This document shows positions 12,455 to 26,720 of a stretch of DNA of 64,000 nt, piece by piece. Position 1 is the stretch's first letter. Each line of letters begins with the position of its first letter. The stretch is taken from assembly GCF_006345805.1 (NCBI RefSeq), contig NC_043019.1, positions 5,951,360-6,015,359 of the forward strand, in the 5' to 3' direction. Below the pieces are notes generated by a model that searched no databases, had not been told where the DNA came from, and worked only from the letters and a program-made list of their open reading frames with translations. Source of the stretch: Octopus sinensis (Eukaryota). The position numbers and the translations under genes were made by a program.

Positions 12455-12750
12455 TCTTCTCGAGCCATGCCTGGCTCATAAGGGCCGGTTTCCCTGTTTC
12501 ATTGGCGGATAGGTTCCCCGCCTGGACGGGACGCCGGTCCGTCGCAGGTGAGCTGCTAGATGCAGAAGGAAAGAGTGAGAGAAAGTTGTGGCGAAAGAGT
12601 CAGCAGAAGTTAGCCATTACCTTCTGCCGGAGCCGCGTGGAGCTTAGGTGCTTCGCTCATAAACACATACATCGCTCGGTCTGAGATTCGAACCCGCGAT
12701 CCCTCGACCGCGACTCCGTTGCTCTAACCACTAGGCCATGTGCCTCCCCT
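12455..12750 (-). mobile_element. tRNA-derived SINE group C
   Basis: tRNA-like head at 12680-12750 on the minus strand; body and tail shared with 35257-35505. Confidence 0.8.
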
Positions 12751-13115
12751 ATTTGAATTAGCTAAGTCATAATTTTAACTAGACTATTTACTTGATTGTA
12801 AACAAATATACAGGAAATATGTAAAATTAAAAAATAGGTTTACGTGTATTTATCTAAATCTATAAGAGCAAATCTATCGGTGTTAAAAGAAGAATATTTT
12901 GAAAAGATACGCCAGCAGGACGAGGTTCAGGGCGAGATGCTGTTTAATAAGGAGAGTTTTCTTTATTCTCGCGGAATATCTCAAAGGACTTTCTGGTGTA
13001 CAAATTGTATGCAGTGCGACCACACCGGGGTCTTCCAGTATTTGGTATTTATCTAGTCTACGCTTGTACCAGCATCTTCTCTCTCTCTCTCTCTCTATGT
13101 ATGTATGTATGTATG

Positions 13116-13207
<92 letters not shown>

Positions 13208-13269
13208 TATATATATTATATATACTCGAGGGATGTCGAAAAGTTCCTGGCTTTAAGGGTCTCGCGACT

Positions 13270-13585
13270 TACTTGTTTTTCTCAACAAGCCCTGCTCTAT
13301 TTAACATTATCCCCAAACAAATCAAAGAAGTAAAAGACACCATCATCTTCAAACGAAACTTGGGCAAGTTTCTTCAAGGTATACCAGATAAGCCACAAAT
13401 ACACCTGATTACATCTCAATCACCAACAACTCCTGACATGAATGGATCATGATACCACAAAACTTGACTTAAATTTTTGTGATATCATGATCCTCTCAGG
13501 TGATGCTAACACCTATCAAGTGATGCTATCAAGTTAGACATGGCCTGAGCCAGTCTTTGACTGAAACATATCTAAGTTATCAAAG
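13270..13585 (+). mobile_element. CR1/L2-like LINE 3' end
   Basis: PALFNIIPKQIKEVKDTIIFKRNLGKFLQGIPDKP resembles the C-terminal 'LFNxLPxxI...FKxxLDxFL...PD' motif. Confidence 0.7.
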
Positions 13586-13874
13586 AATAAGTCATGAAAA
13601 TAAATAAATACGTGTGAGTCACTACCATTTTTGACGGCACAATCTGAGCTTTAACAACTAAATAAAGCTTTGTTTTTGTTTTTTACCTCAATAAAATATT
13701 AAAATAATTTATATAAATTTACCCTCACATTTAATTTCTCTTGGGTTTCACTCCTAAGTTTTCTCAATAAAAGGATTAAATAGTCTTACTATATAAATAT
13801 ATGGCAAATATATGCACTATATATTATGTCAATGCATTTAGTAAATATTATTTTGACGGCACCAGTACGCTAGC

Positions 13875-14075
13875 ATATGGCTGGCTTAGTGGTTAGGGTA
13901 TTGCATTCATGATCGCTAGATCGTGATTTCAATTCCTAGACCGAGAGGTACATTGTGTTCTTGAGCAAAGCTCTTAATCTCACGTTGCTCTGCGATTACT
14001 TCGACATCTGACGCGTGCTACACCGTTCAGGCAATGTCGATTTGTGCAGGTCGTTCGGTAAAAAAGAACGCTCAT
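13875..14075 (+). mobile_element. tRNA-derived SINE group C, diverged
   Basis: tggctggcttagtggttagg head followed by ttcttgagcaaagc...cacgttgctc. Confidence 0.6.
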
Positions 14076-14109
14076 ACGCCGTCTTCGATAGGAGGGGGCC
14101 ATCATACAT

Positions 14110-14143
<34 letters not shown>

Positions 14144-15498
14144 ATATATATACATGTGTGTGTACATACACAAATATACATACATACATACATATATATA
14201 TATATATGATCTTGATGAAAATATAATACGCCTATAGGATCAGTGAGTTCTATGCACCCAGCAACGCTTGATGCCGGCCAAGCAGGAAAGCTATTAAAAC
14301 TCCACTCAGAAGTTGAGCTCGTATTTAAATGCCATTAAAAAAATATAGCCAAAATGGCGCTCGTAAGATTAACAGAGGACTTAAGAGACGACTTAAGTCA
14401 TAGTTACTGTGTCTGTAGAGATAAGAATTACATTTGTGTCAGTCTTTCTATTTATTGATTAAGCAGAAAACCTCTTTTATGCGTGCGAAGTATTTAGAGT
14501 TGCTCACGACTCTCTCGTTGCGTAGTTGACAATAGACACAATAGCTGTAAGTTCCAGGGTAATGTTTCTATCTCCTCAAGTTGTCAGACGAAAAAATCGA
14601 CTGGTATGAAAATAGTAAACCAATGCGTTTATTAAGAAAGATTACAAAATAGTGAATATATTGTGTACGTGCTGCATAGGTTAATATTAGTTATTTTTAT
14701 GCGCATATTTTATATCACAGTTGGTGATACGATACTACTGTTGGTTATCGGTTTCCAATAGGCCAATCATTGTTACGCTGCTCTCATGACATCGACAGTA
14801 ATAGTGAAGTATCTGAAACTAGCTTCAAAACAAATATCCCTTGAGATTTCATCCGTAAAAAGGGTTTACATTGTCTCGGCGAGGTTATATATCCTACGCT
14901 GATATATATCGCAGAATTGTAGAGACATACACACATATATAAATGTGCAGAAACCCTTTATATATGTCCGTGTGTGTATGTGTGTGTGCGTGTGTGTATT
15001 TGTGTGTGGTGTGTACCTTAAGATGTCTACATATAGTAATGATGAATCTTCCCGTTGAGAGTTGTGATTACTATTAACTATCGACGTAGCCATCTGGTCT
15101 GTTCATGGCAAAGTAAAAAACAAAAGAACTATATTAGTTTGAAGACTTTAGAATAAAAGTTAGGATCTATTTTCTAGTCGTTGTTTTTTGTTTTAGCTTA
15201 GATATCTGATCACTGCTACTTTGACTCACGTTTTTAATACCGTTGAGATAAAACATAAAACAGCCTTTCACTATATTACATCTTTGTACATGTAAGCCAT
15301 CATGTTAATTTAACAGGAAAAGTTGCAAAATACTGTCTAAGTTTCACTTCCTTTTCAGTGCTAATTAGTGTAATCTGCTAACTTGGAGAAAAGAAATAAA
15401 GAAGAAGAAAAGATAAATAGAAAATAAAGCAAAATTTTAAAAAAAAACGGAAGAGGGAAACGTGTAACTAGGTGTTAATGAAGAAAAGTTTAACTTAC

Positions 15499-15566
15499 GA
15501 AATCAGATCCGGGTAAAAGGAGTCCACGTTCACCCTTAATTCTGTGTCGTCTGCTCTTGTTGACAT
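15499..15566 (-). CDS. Candidate first coding exon of an unidentified gene (MSTRADDTELRVNVDSFYPDLI)
   Basis: ATG at 15566, open frame to a consensus GTAAGT donor at 15498 (phase 2), upstream (CAG)n tract. No homolog recognised. Confidence 0.25.
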
Positions 15567-16280
15567 GCTTTGATAATGTTTTGTGTGTAAATATCTGCCG
15601 TTGCTTTCACTTTTGTTGTTCTTTAAATCAGGATTAGACACATATTGTTCATTATTCAATGTTACCGTTGTCAACCATTCTTGTTGTGCTATTTAAAAGT
15701 CATCTTCCGCTCACAACTTCGGATGATTGTTGTTGCTGCTGCTACTGTTACTGCTGCTGCTGCTGTTGCTGCTGTTGCTGTTGCTGTTCTAGCTTTAACA
15801 ACACCTGCGTTGTCTTATTTGATCAAGTTATTGTTCTTGTATTGTCCTTGTTGTTCGTCATCATTAACGAGAAGGCATTTTCTGTACAGTCATTTCCAAA
15901 GTGTTAACCCACAATAAACACAAAACGCTGTCAACGAAGACCGAGAGACACTTCAGTTAAAATAGCGGCGACAATGACAATTTATTTGTTTTACCGATAT
16001 ATTTATTTAAAAGCACTCTATATCGAGGACAAGGGTGAGGGCATAGGTAGGGAGATACCAGTGAACTCATAATGTCTTCCAGGTTTGATACTCAGTTTTA
16101 AATACATATTCACACTGCTAATGCTCTCGGGAAATGGATGAACGCCACAACAGCAACACTTACTCCTTGATGCGATTTGATATTTCAGAAATACAAACAC
16201 ACACACACACACACATTGGTGTTTCTATAACGTGATAGTTGTATATATATATGTGTGTGTGTGTATGTGTATGTATATGT

Positions 16281-16327
<47 letters not shown>

Positions 16328-16352
16328 CATACATAGATAGATAGATAGATGG

Positions 16353-16387
<35 letters not shown>

Positions 16388-17317
16388 ACCTTTGCATTTG
16401 ATTTTTTAATGTCTTTACCCCCATACTTTCGTGAGTTGAATTGAGCAAACACTATATGAGAGAGGTTTTCTTTAAGTATTGGAAATAGTTTTAAAAAAGT
16501 TTTTTTTAGCTGCTATTTCTAATGAGTTCAGTATGCGGCAAAGTAATTTATTTTACTAAGCCCTTTTATATAATGTAATAATTTGAATTCGCCTTAAATG
16601 GTCCCTTTGCATACTGAATACTTGGTGAAATTGATTAATAATTAATTAATTTTACCCTCAATTGTTGAAATATATATATATATATATATACACATGTGCC
16701 TGTGTAAGTATGAGTGTGTGTGTGCGTATGTGTGCACGTGCGTTTGTGGGTACATTAATATATGTATAAAGATAGAGTTGGTTTCAGAGAATCAATCGGG
16801 ATTTACGGTTACAACTCCTACAATGAATCGGCTATCAGCTTACGTACATAGTAATTACCTTATGATATACTTTCACCTGCCCACACAACCGAAACTCTAG
16901 GACATGCAAGCAGTAAATATTTCAACGGTTTCCTTTACAATCGAAATTTCGAATTTTTGCTTTCCCAATACAATGTGCATAAAAAGAATGTATTTTTTGT
17001 GTAACAGTTGTATTCTGGATGTATCCATGACGTTACTGGATGCATATTATATATATACATATGAGTTAGTTTTCTCTATTATACATCTCTATGTGAACAT
17101 ACAATTATATAATACTAAATATACATTTGATGTAAATTATATGTATTTAGTTTAGAATGTTCAAACCAATATATTACGTGAAGAAGATTATGAAACGGCT
17201 GCAATCTTCTGGAGATCAAATGGAAATGTTAAATCTGTAGCCACCTCTCATACTTTCTGATTTTATAAATATATGCATACATTGATGTAGGGGTATATAT
17301 ATATATATATATATATA

Positions 17318-17357
<40 letters not shown>

Positions 17358-17665
17358 TTTATTATGGTCACACAGGGCTAAACACAGAAAATAGACGAAA
17401 TACAATGTAGAGTTTTTCTTTTCGAGTTTATAAGCTCTACTACCTCAATGTTCTTAAAATTCAAATCAACATCTTTGTCTATATATCTACCTTCTCTATA
17501 ATGTTATCAATTAATATGAAAATTATATATTAATGGGAAACCTCTATAAATGGCTGATGATTGCTCAACATTTTAAAACATTGTAATACTTACAATATTT
17601 AATAAAATGATGTAGCGTGAAACGATCGTACCAAATTACCGGAGATATTCTTGTTGCTTATTTTG

Positions 17666-17704
<39 letters not shown>

Positions 17705-17715
17705 CAGAGATAACA

Positions 17716-17806
17716 GAGTGACGCAAGGTCCGAGAGTTTCGTGCGTTGGCACTTATCAAACTTTGATAAGTGCCAACGCACGAAAATCTCTGACCCTGAG
17801 TCACTC
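17716..17806. mobile_element. Short foldback with U3-A8 hammerhead half-folds
   Basis: Perfect stem ttcgtgcgttggcacttatcaaa-c-tttgataagtgccaacgcacgaa; core UUGAUAA-GUGC(CAAC)GCAC-GAAA, consensus helix III ACUC/GAGU, GUC triplet. Confidence 0.7.
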
Positions 17807-17980
17807 TGATACTTCAGCTAAATACTAATAACAGTATACATATACTCTTATTTTGAGTTCAATTTTTCCACTTTGCACCAACTGTCCGCCTTTGTATCAT
17901 CTATCTGTCCGAATGTTTTAATGTCCTCTATTGCGTTTTTGTTCCATTTTCATATATATATATATATATAGCGGCGTACG

Positions 17981-18245
<265 letters not shown>

Positions 18246-19141
18246 ACAGACCACAAGGGTGTACGTACGCCGCTATATATATATATATATATATATAGCG
18301 GCGTACGTACACCCTTGTACTCACCTTATAGTAGGTATGTATCTAATTTTGTACGACTCTTACTCTTACTTTTATTCCCCTCTCATTTTTCTTCCTTTTT
18401 CTCGCTCTCCCTCACTCACATTTATTGGCCCTCTCTTTAACTCCCACTATTTCCCACTCGTTTATCTCCCCTGTACCTTTCTCTTGTCTCTAATTTTTTT
18501 CTAATCCTTTAATCCCTCTGTCCCTTACCCATCTCTCCTCCTTCCACGTGACCGGTGTCCGGCCAGCCATGATCTTTCTGTCTTGACTTGACTGCCGACC
18601 GCCAAAACCTCTTATGTCCATCTCCTATGTTCCTACCTTTAGGCTTTCACTTCATACACGCCAGCTCAATTTGATTCGTTCTCAGTCGAAAGACACCTGT
18701 TGTTATTTCTTGTTGTTTGTATTCGTAATTGTGTATCATGTTCTCCGTTTTTTTGTTTGATTGTTTGTTTGTTTGTTTTCATCTTTGTTGCCGTACACAC
18801 TCGCTAGCTTTCTTACAAAGGGGTCTAATGTTTTTAACTTAGACTTTTAGGGGGGCAACCAGATCGAACCATCTCAAGTATAACTGCCCGAAATGGTCGT
18901 GACTTCTGGAACTTGACTGAGGAAAGAAAACCACGAATGACCCGTATTTTTATGCCTGTCCTTCTAATTGTTGTTTCTCTTGTCCGCCTTTGTATCGTCT
19001 ATCTGTCCGAATATTTTAATGTCTTCTATTGCGGTTTTTGCTCCATTCTTATATTTATATCCATACCCGCGCACACACACACCCACACACAAACACACAC
19101 ACAAATGTATATACATATATATATATATATATATTTGTATA

Positions 19142-19430
19142 GGCACAAGCGTGACTCTGTGGTAAGAAGCTTGCTTCCCAGCCACAAGGTTTTGGGTTCA
19201 GTCCCACTGCGTGGTACCTCTTATACTATAGCCTCGGACCGACCAAAGCATTGTGAGTGGATTTGGTAGACGGAAACCGAAAGAAGCCCGACGTGTATAT
19301 ATATTTATGTGTTTGTGCCCTTCTGTCTGTGTTTTGTCCCCTACCATTGCTTGATGGTGTGTTTATGTCCCCGAAATGTTAGCGGTTCGGCAAAAGAGAC
19401 TGATAGAATAAGTATTAGACTTATAAAGAA
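19142..19430 (+). mobile_element. SINE family A, truncated at Helitron-like element
   Basis: Matches family A up to the body; the tail resumes at 20575-20670. Confidence 0.75.
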
Positions 19431-20579
19431 CTAGCAGTATAACCCGGCCTTGCCCGGGATTAAGTTACGATTATTAGGCTAATCAAGTTTTATTTCAAAC
19501 CAAACTAAGTAATATCGACATCAAATTTGGGCGATATCCGTTGAAATCGGTTTATATATATTGCATAAGTATTTTGCACGCATACATGTTCATAAACAGA
19601 AATGAATGGAAAAAATGTTGGTAAATTTGTAGATCAACACTCGCACGATTTTCATTAAGAAAAAACCGGGGGTTTTGAGAGGAATCAACTACTCTGACCT
19701 CTTAATATGCAACAAAACCCTTTTTGTGGTCCATAAAACGGTGGAAGCCTCGGAAATTGTACCCATTTATATTGAGTAATTCACTGACAAACTATTACTC
19801 ACCTCTTTGTTTCTTTGTTTTGTTAAATAAATGGATTCTCAACAAAATACTTTTTTACTCGGCGTAAAATGAAAGCAAAATTCTTTCGCACCCAAAGTAA
19901 TGTGTGTGTGAGAGAGGGGGGAGAAAGTTGAACGATTTAAAATAAATAAATGATTTAAAATAAATATATTGTAATTGTTGTGTAAGAAAGTATATGTACT
20001 ATGATTATAAAATATAGTGTCTTTCAAAAACATCCTAAATTTGAACACTATATCTCGTGTTTAAGAAAAAACAAAACATTTTACATTTTATTTTTTATGA
20101 ACGCTGTCAAACTCTCCGTCTCTTTCTCTCTCTCACTTTGTCTTTGCCCTTTTTGTTAGACGCTGTCAAATGCTCTTCCTCTCTTCCACTTTTCTTTACC
20201 TTGTTTTTTTTTTTGTTAGACGCTCTCAAACTATCTCCCACTTTTCCTTACACATACGTTTTCTTTACTTTTTTTGCTAGACGTTGTTAAACACTCTCTC
20301 TCCCTCACATACACTCTTTCGCTTTGCTATGGCTAAAAGGGACTTAACGCATGTTAGCAACCTTCAAAATTGGTAAAAGCTATGGCTGAAAATAGATTTT
20401 TACCGCTATCCGCCGGTGACACGAGAAAAAATAAGTTGGCAAAACCCAAGTAGGATGTTGACGAATGTCCTCCTAAAATTGGAACGACATGCGTGCTAAG
20501 TTGTGGACGTACATAAATTACAATCACATGCACACACACACACACACACACACACATCATGCCTTTTATAGATACAGAT
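19430..20579 (+). mobile_element. Non-autonomous Helitron-like (Lep1/HINE-type) element
   Basis: 5' ACTAGCAGTATAACCCGGCCTTGCCCGGG (CTAG start plus GC hairpin), internal 60-bp tandem subrepeats (ttagacgctgtcaaa), 3' (AC)n then ttttatagatacagat; appears to split a SINE A. Confidence 0.45.
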
Positions 20580-20685
20580 AAGCCCTGGGTCGATGTGTTC
20601 GACTAAAGGCGGTGCTCCAGCATGGCCATAGTCAAATGACTGAAACGTATAAAAGAGTAAAAGAAACATATATATATGTTTCTTT

Positions 20686-20980
20686 TGGAGGCGCAATGGC
20701 CTAGTGGTTAGGGCAGCGGACTCGCGGTCGCAGGATCGCGGTTTCGATTCCCAGACCGGGCGTTGTGTGTTTATTGAGCGAAAACACTTAAAAGCTCCAC
20801 GATGCTCCGACAGGGAGTGTACTCTTTCACCACTCTTTCTCCCACTCTTTCTTCTGTTTGCCTGCTCGCTTAGCCAGCGGGGTGGCGTCATTCGAAGGCT
20901 AAAAAAACAATGTGAGTGCATTGTGACCAGCGATGTGTAACAACATCTGATGGTCTGGTCGGTCATGTGATCACGTGATA
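20686..20980 (+). mobile_element. tRNA-derived SINE group C
   Basis: ggaggcgcaatggcctagtggttagggcagcggactcgcggtcgcaggatcgcggtttcgattccc (A and B boxes). Confidence 0.85.
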
Positions 20981-20981
20981 T

Positions 20982-21018
<37 letters not shown>

Positions 21019-21344
21019 GAGATAGAGAGAGAGAGAGAGGGGGGTACACACACATAATCCTACATACATACATAAGTAAATACATGCACAGATGTCTCAG
21101 CTCGCTCCATGCAGCTCATTCATTCTGGCATAACAGAGACTTTAAAAACATCCAACGATGTGAGCCTCGACAAACTTGGCTCCTCCAACAGCGACGCGAT
21201 ATAAACTCTACACATATTGCAAAATCACTCTTACCACACTACAACTTTTAGTAATATTTCCTATAAACTTTAGGTTCCACAAATACATACTTTTCATTTT
21301 TTTTTTTTTTTGCCTTCTACAATGCACCAGTATGCATCGGCTTG

Positions 21345-21522
21345 ACAACCGATGTTGGTGTGTTTATGTCCCCGTTACCTAGCGGTTCGGCAAAAGAGAC
21401 CCATAGAATAAGTACTGGGCTTACAAAAAGAATAAGTCTCGGGGTCGAGTTGCTCGACTAAAGGCGGTGCTCCAGCATGGCTGCAGTCAAATGACTGAAA
21501 CAAGTAAAAGAGTAAAAGAGTA
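21345..21522 (+). mobile_element. SINE family A, 3' half
   Basis: gcttgacaaccgat...gagtaaaagag. Confidence 0.85.
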
Positions 21523-21702
21523 CGCTCCCAAATTATAAACCATTCGTATATCGGAAACCGCGGGAGATCCACGCAAATTCTGAACCGTTCAAAGCAGAGG
21601 TCATTCGATATCTAGACAATGGTGACCCTACCGTTGCTCCTCCGACCTAAATTGTAATTCATCTTTATGTTCAACCGCCATCGTTACAATCCTTACCACT
21701 AA

Positions 21703-21760
<58 letters not shown>

Positions 21761-22412
21761 GTTTTTTCTAATCACCACTTTCACCAAAGCCCTCTTGATG
21801 CATCCGCCTTTTCAACGCATCATCCCTGCAGCGTTTCATTTCAAATAACTCCCTTAGGAAATACACACGCATCTTCTCCTCCTCGCAACTTCAATTGTCA
21901 GCCTATTCCCTCGTTTCATACAATTTCCCGCCAAACAGAAACCCTGCCTACAAAAGACTCAAAGCGAACATCAATAAGATTACCGCCAGTCTGTAAGGTT
22001 GAGCATATTTGCTATGGGGTTTTGCCGTGAACTAATAAACGAAACAGAACCTTCCCGTGCGAAGTGTTTGCATATTCCGTGCGTTTACATATAATCGTTT
22101 GTTAACTTTATACATTTAACGATGGAATATCTAAAGACAAATCTACTCGTCTTCACATACGAACTGTGTGACACATATAGAGATAGTGATAATGCACACA
22201 TATGTTTGCACATACTCCTATCGTTTCATCCGAAAATAGTTATACAAATAGAAATATAAGTATTTAGCTTCGTTACGCAAACCGTATAAATACGTGTGTG
22301 TTTGAGTATACATATATTTATGCTTGTGTGTATGTATGTGCACGCGCGTGTATACACATACACACACCCACACACATATATATATATACATGTATGTGTG
22401 TATAGTGTATAC

Positions 22413-22455
<43 letters not shown>

Positions 22456-22601
22456 TAGATAGATAGAGAGAGAGAGAACGATAGATAGACAGATACATAT
22501 ATATATATTGATAGACAGACAGACAGATAGAGAGAGAGAGAGAGATAAAACGATAGAGAGAGAGAGAGATAAAACGATAGAGAGAGAGAGAGAGAGAGAT
22601 G

Positions 22602-22671
<70 letters not shown>

Positions 22672-22674
22672 TAG

Positions 22675-22744
<70 letters not shown>

Positions 22745-23101
22745 CCTGACTATGCTCAATCCTCCATGTTTTCTCTATCATCAATAGATTATGAATATTA
22801 GCCTTACTTGTCCCAATATGAACAAGAGCTACTTCCTGTCCGCACAATTATTTATGGGGTGAAAATACAATGGTTGAATAAACAAACAGGTTACGCTCGA
22901 TTGGCCATCTTCTCCAAAACGCTGCACGACACTTGCCATAGTTTGCAGAATCCAAGTTTCGATGTAAATGGTTACCGCTATAATAGATACTTATTTGTTA
23001 TAAGCATCATGGCTAATTTAAAGGATGTTATATATTGCATACACAATCAAAGCCTGCATGTAGCCATTGACGGATTTCTTTTGTGTGTCTTTATGTATGA
23101 T

Positions 23102-23148
<47 letters not shown>

Positions 23149-23218
23149 CATACATATATATATAATTATATAGATTATATATATTATATATATATATTAA
23201 TATATAATATATATATAT

Positions 23219-23258
<40 letters not shown>

Positions 23259-23518
23259 CATATAATTATCATTTGGAGGGAATAAAATCCAAATTTACAA
23301 ATAAAAAATTCAATTTAGAAATACTGAATCAAAGTTCACACAATATAATATATATATATATATGTAAAATTAGAAAAAAAACACCTTTTATCAATTCAAA
23401 ATGAACAATTAAATTACACCATCTAGAAAATTGCATATAATAGAAATATTAAAATTAAAATAACAATAAAATGTCAATGATTAAGTAAATTGCAAAAAAT
23501 AATAATAACGTATATAAT

Positions 23519-23561
<43 letters not shown>

Positions 23562-23638
23562 TTGAGTATAGAAATTCGGGGTGAGTACTTGATAATTATA
23601 AGCACCTGTGTATACCGTTTGGTGGTGTAGGTGGTGGA

Positions 23639-24000
23639 GTAAATTGATCAAAATAAAAAACATGATGCGAAGGATTCAGCGGTACATATGTTTCGGACAT
23701 GTGTGTGTATTTATTTATTACATTACCTCAACATCCAGTTTTCCTCCTTCTACATTGAGAGAAGAAAGAGATGGACGCTTCAATTCTATGCTGCTGCCGC
23801 ATTATGTCGTACGCGAATGAGAGGATTTGCATCCCCAACCAGAATTTTGATGTAACACATGTCCTTGTGGAAGCTGTGTGCGCGGCTGAAGAAGGCCACA
23901 GACATACATTATGCATTGTTATAAATCTGTCTAATAAAGGCCCGAAACATATGTACCGCTGAATCCTTCGCATCATGTTTTTTATTTTGATCAATTTACT
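23639..24000. mobile_element. Foldback element with perfect about 59-bp terminal inverted repeats and an HHR
   Basis: agtaaattgatcaaaa...tatgtttcgg (23639-23698) vs ccgaaacata...caatttact (23942-24000). Confidence 0.8.
23882..23959 (+). ncRNA. Type I hammerhead ribozyme with long helix II loop
   Basis: GCGG-CUGAAGA-A-GGCC...(41 nt)...GGCC-C-GAA-ACAUAUGU-A^CCGC. Confidence 0.65.
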
Positions 24001-24015
24001 ATATATATATATATA

Positions 24016-24372
24016 TTCTTTTACTTGTTTCAGTCATTTGACTTCGGCCATGCAGGAGCACCGACTTTAGTCGAGCAAATCGACTCCAGGACTTATTCTT
24101 TGTAAGCCTAGTACTTATTCTATTTGTTTCATATACCGAACCGTTAAGTTACGAGGACGTAAACACGCTAGCATCGGTTGTCAAGCGATGTTGGGGGGGG
24201 GTGAAACACGGATGCAAAAGCACATACACACACATATATATACATATAGGACGGGCTTCTTTCAGTTTCCGTCTACCAAATCCACTCACAAAGCTATAGT
24301 AGAAGACACTTACCCAAGGTTCCACGCATGTGGCTGGTAAGCAAGCTACTTACGACGCAGCCACTCCTGCAC
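24016..24372 (-). mobile_element. SINE family A
   Basis: Reverse-complement match with an internal deletion. Confidence 0.85.
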
Positions 24373-25269
24373 CTATATATATATATATGTATATATGTAT
24401 ATAATTATATATATTATATATATATATATATATATGTATATAATTATATATATATATATTATATATATATATATTATATATATATATATCGGTCAGTAGT
24501 TCATATATCCGAAAAATTAGGCACATTCTAAAACATTAGAGCAGTAGGATTTATTTAGATGGTAGTGTGTTATTGGTTACGCACCTATAAAGCGCTTAGC
24601 TATATATGTGACTCGTCAGGTGCCTCCGGCCATTTCGTTCTGACCAGCCGCCAATACAGTTTTATAGGTGTTAAACTAATGTTTACTCCCTGACCGGCCA
24701 TAACAAACACCCTCTTATCAACCTATCTATCTATCTATCTATACGCGCGCGCGCACGCACGCACCGCACACACACACACACATACACGCGCACACATATG
24801 TAGTATCTAAAATAGTTTTATTCGGCTCCTTGGGACTTAAAGATTCGCAAGCCTCTAACAGAAACCCGTTTTAAATAATATATGTAACTTCTACTAAATG
24901 TGGTGAATGTTCTTCCCTTTCGTTTGTCCACTTCCTCGTGTATGTATATATATGATAACAAAATAATAATTAAAACATATGCATATATACATACATATAT
25001 GTACATACCTACATCTATATGTATATATACATGCATATATGGGTACAGGACACCAAAACAAAAACGTAGAACACAACAAGAAACGAAAACATAAAAATAA
25101 AAACATGGAAACGGACATTTTTAAACAACGAAGAAACAGAATACAAGACATAAAACACAAGGAATATTTCCCTTCTTTAGCTGCCCCTGCTTCGTCTACT
25201 CCACACCACACACACACACACATATATATATATATAATATATATATATATATATTATATATATATATAT

Positions 25270-25302
<33 letters not shown>

Positions 25303-25428
25303 GAAGTTTATATATGTATATATATATATAAAGTTAATCCAAACAAGAAAACACAAAAAAAACACAACGCGAGGACGTGGAACAAATATAGTATTATTGG
25401 ACGCTCGGGAAAGAAGGGAAGAAGGAGG

Positions 25429-25463
25429 GTTTAACGTTTCGAGCGGAGCTCTTCGTCGGAAAC
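25429..25463 (-). ncRNA. Minimal hammerhead fold with U4C core (CCGACGA)
   Basis: GUUU-CCGACGA-A-GAGC(UCC)GCUC-GAAAC-GUU^AAAC. Confidence 0.6.
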
Positions 25464-25494
25464 ATAGGAGAAGGAAAGATCCAGAGAAGGGAAA

Positions 25495-25857
25495 GGCGCA
25501 GGAGTGGTTGTGTGGTAAGTAGCTTGTTTACCAACCACATAGTTCGGGGTTCAGTCCCACTGCGTGGCACCTTGGGCAAGTGTCTTCTACTATAGCCTCG
25601 GGCCAACCAAAACCTTGTGAGTGGATTTGGTAGACGGAAACTGAAAGAAGCCCATCGTGTATATATGTGCACGCGCGTGTGTGCGTGTATGTATGTACAT
25701 GTTTGTGTGTCTGTGTTTGCCCCCCCCACCACCACCACCACCAACATCACTTGACAACTGATGCTGGTGTATTTGCTCCTCGTCACTTAGCGTTTCGGCA
25801 AGAGAACCGATAAGTACTAGGCTTATAAGGAATAAGTCCTGGGATCGATTTGCTCGA
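25495..25857 (+). mobile_element. SINE family A
   Basis: Match to 2897-3326. Confidence 0.85.
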
Positions 25858-26633
25858 TGAAACAAATAAAAGAATATAACAATAAAAGTATGTATATATA
25901 TAAATTCCTCCTCGTAATGATTTTGCTTTCATTTTATGATAGACAGCTATCATGCAGAAAATGCCAGCTTCCAAATCCTGGTTTCTGATTAGGTAAAATT
26001 GACAAAACTTTGAACCTCAGTAACATAAGTCTTGCTAGCAGAATAGAATATGTTGTGCTGAGATCAAATGAGGAGGCTTATTACTTTTAACATTTGTTTA
26101 ATAACAAAGGCCAGTTCCATCTGCGCCGTGTTCATTAAAAACAAACGACAGATGGAGTAGCTGAATTTTCTAATCATTATTTCCGTTGCTTAGATCTTGC
26201 CAACCCTAGAGAGAGGTTTTAACTACACTTTGAACTAACTACAAATTGCTGATATGACTTCAACGAACATTTTTCCACCTACTATATTCCGTATATGATG
26301 TTCTACTCTACGTATCGGGAAAGTGTCAACCTGTTGAATGCTGTGACAACATTTCACGTTATAACACATCGGTTTCAGTATGTTAATTAAACATATCTCA
26401 TTAGCTCAATCCAACTAGTTTTAGGAAAGGTGCCAATAAAAATATTCACTTTCATCTTTAAAATGGGTCTAATTTTAATTGATTAGATGTACTGTGAGGA
26501 GAAAGATCACCACATTAAGTATGCTAGCACACACACATGCGGGCGCACATGCACATACGTATACGCACGCACACACGCATACATATATATATGCATACAT
26601 ACATACATATATTTATTATATATATATATATAA

Positions 26634-26720
<87 letters not shown>

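Noticed and set aside
14348-14368. caaaATGGCGCTC|gtaaga (YY1-like initiator plus donor)
   Set aside because: Single short motif with no supported downstream + strand exons.
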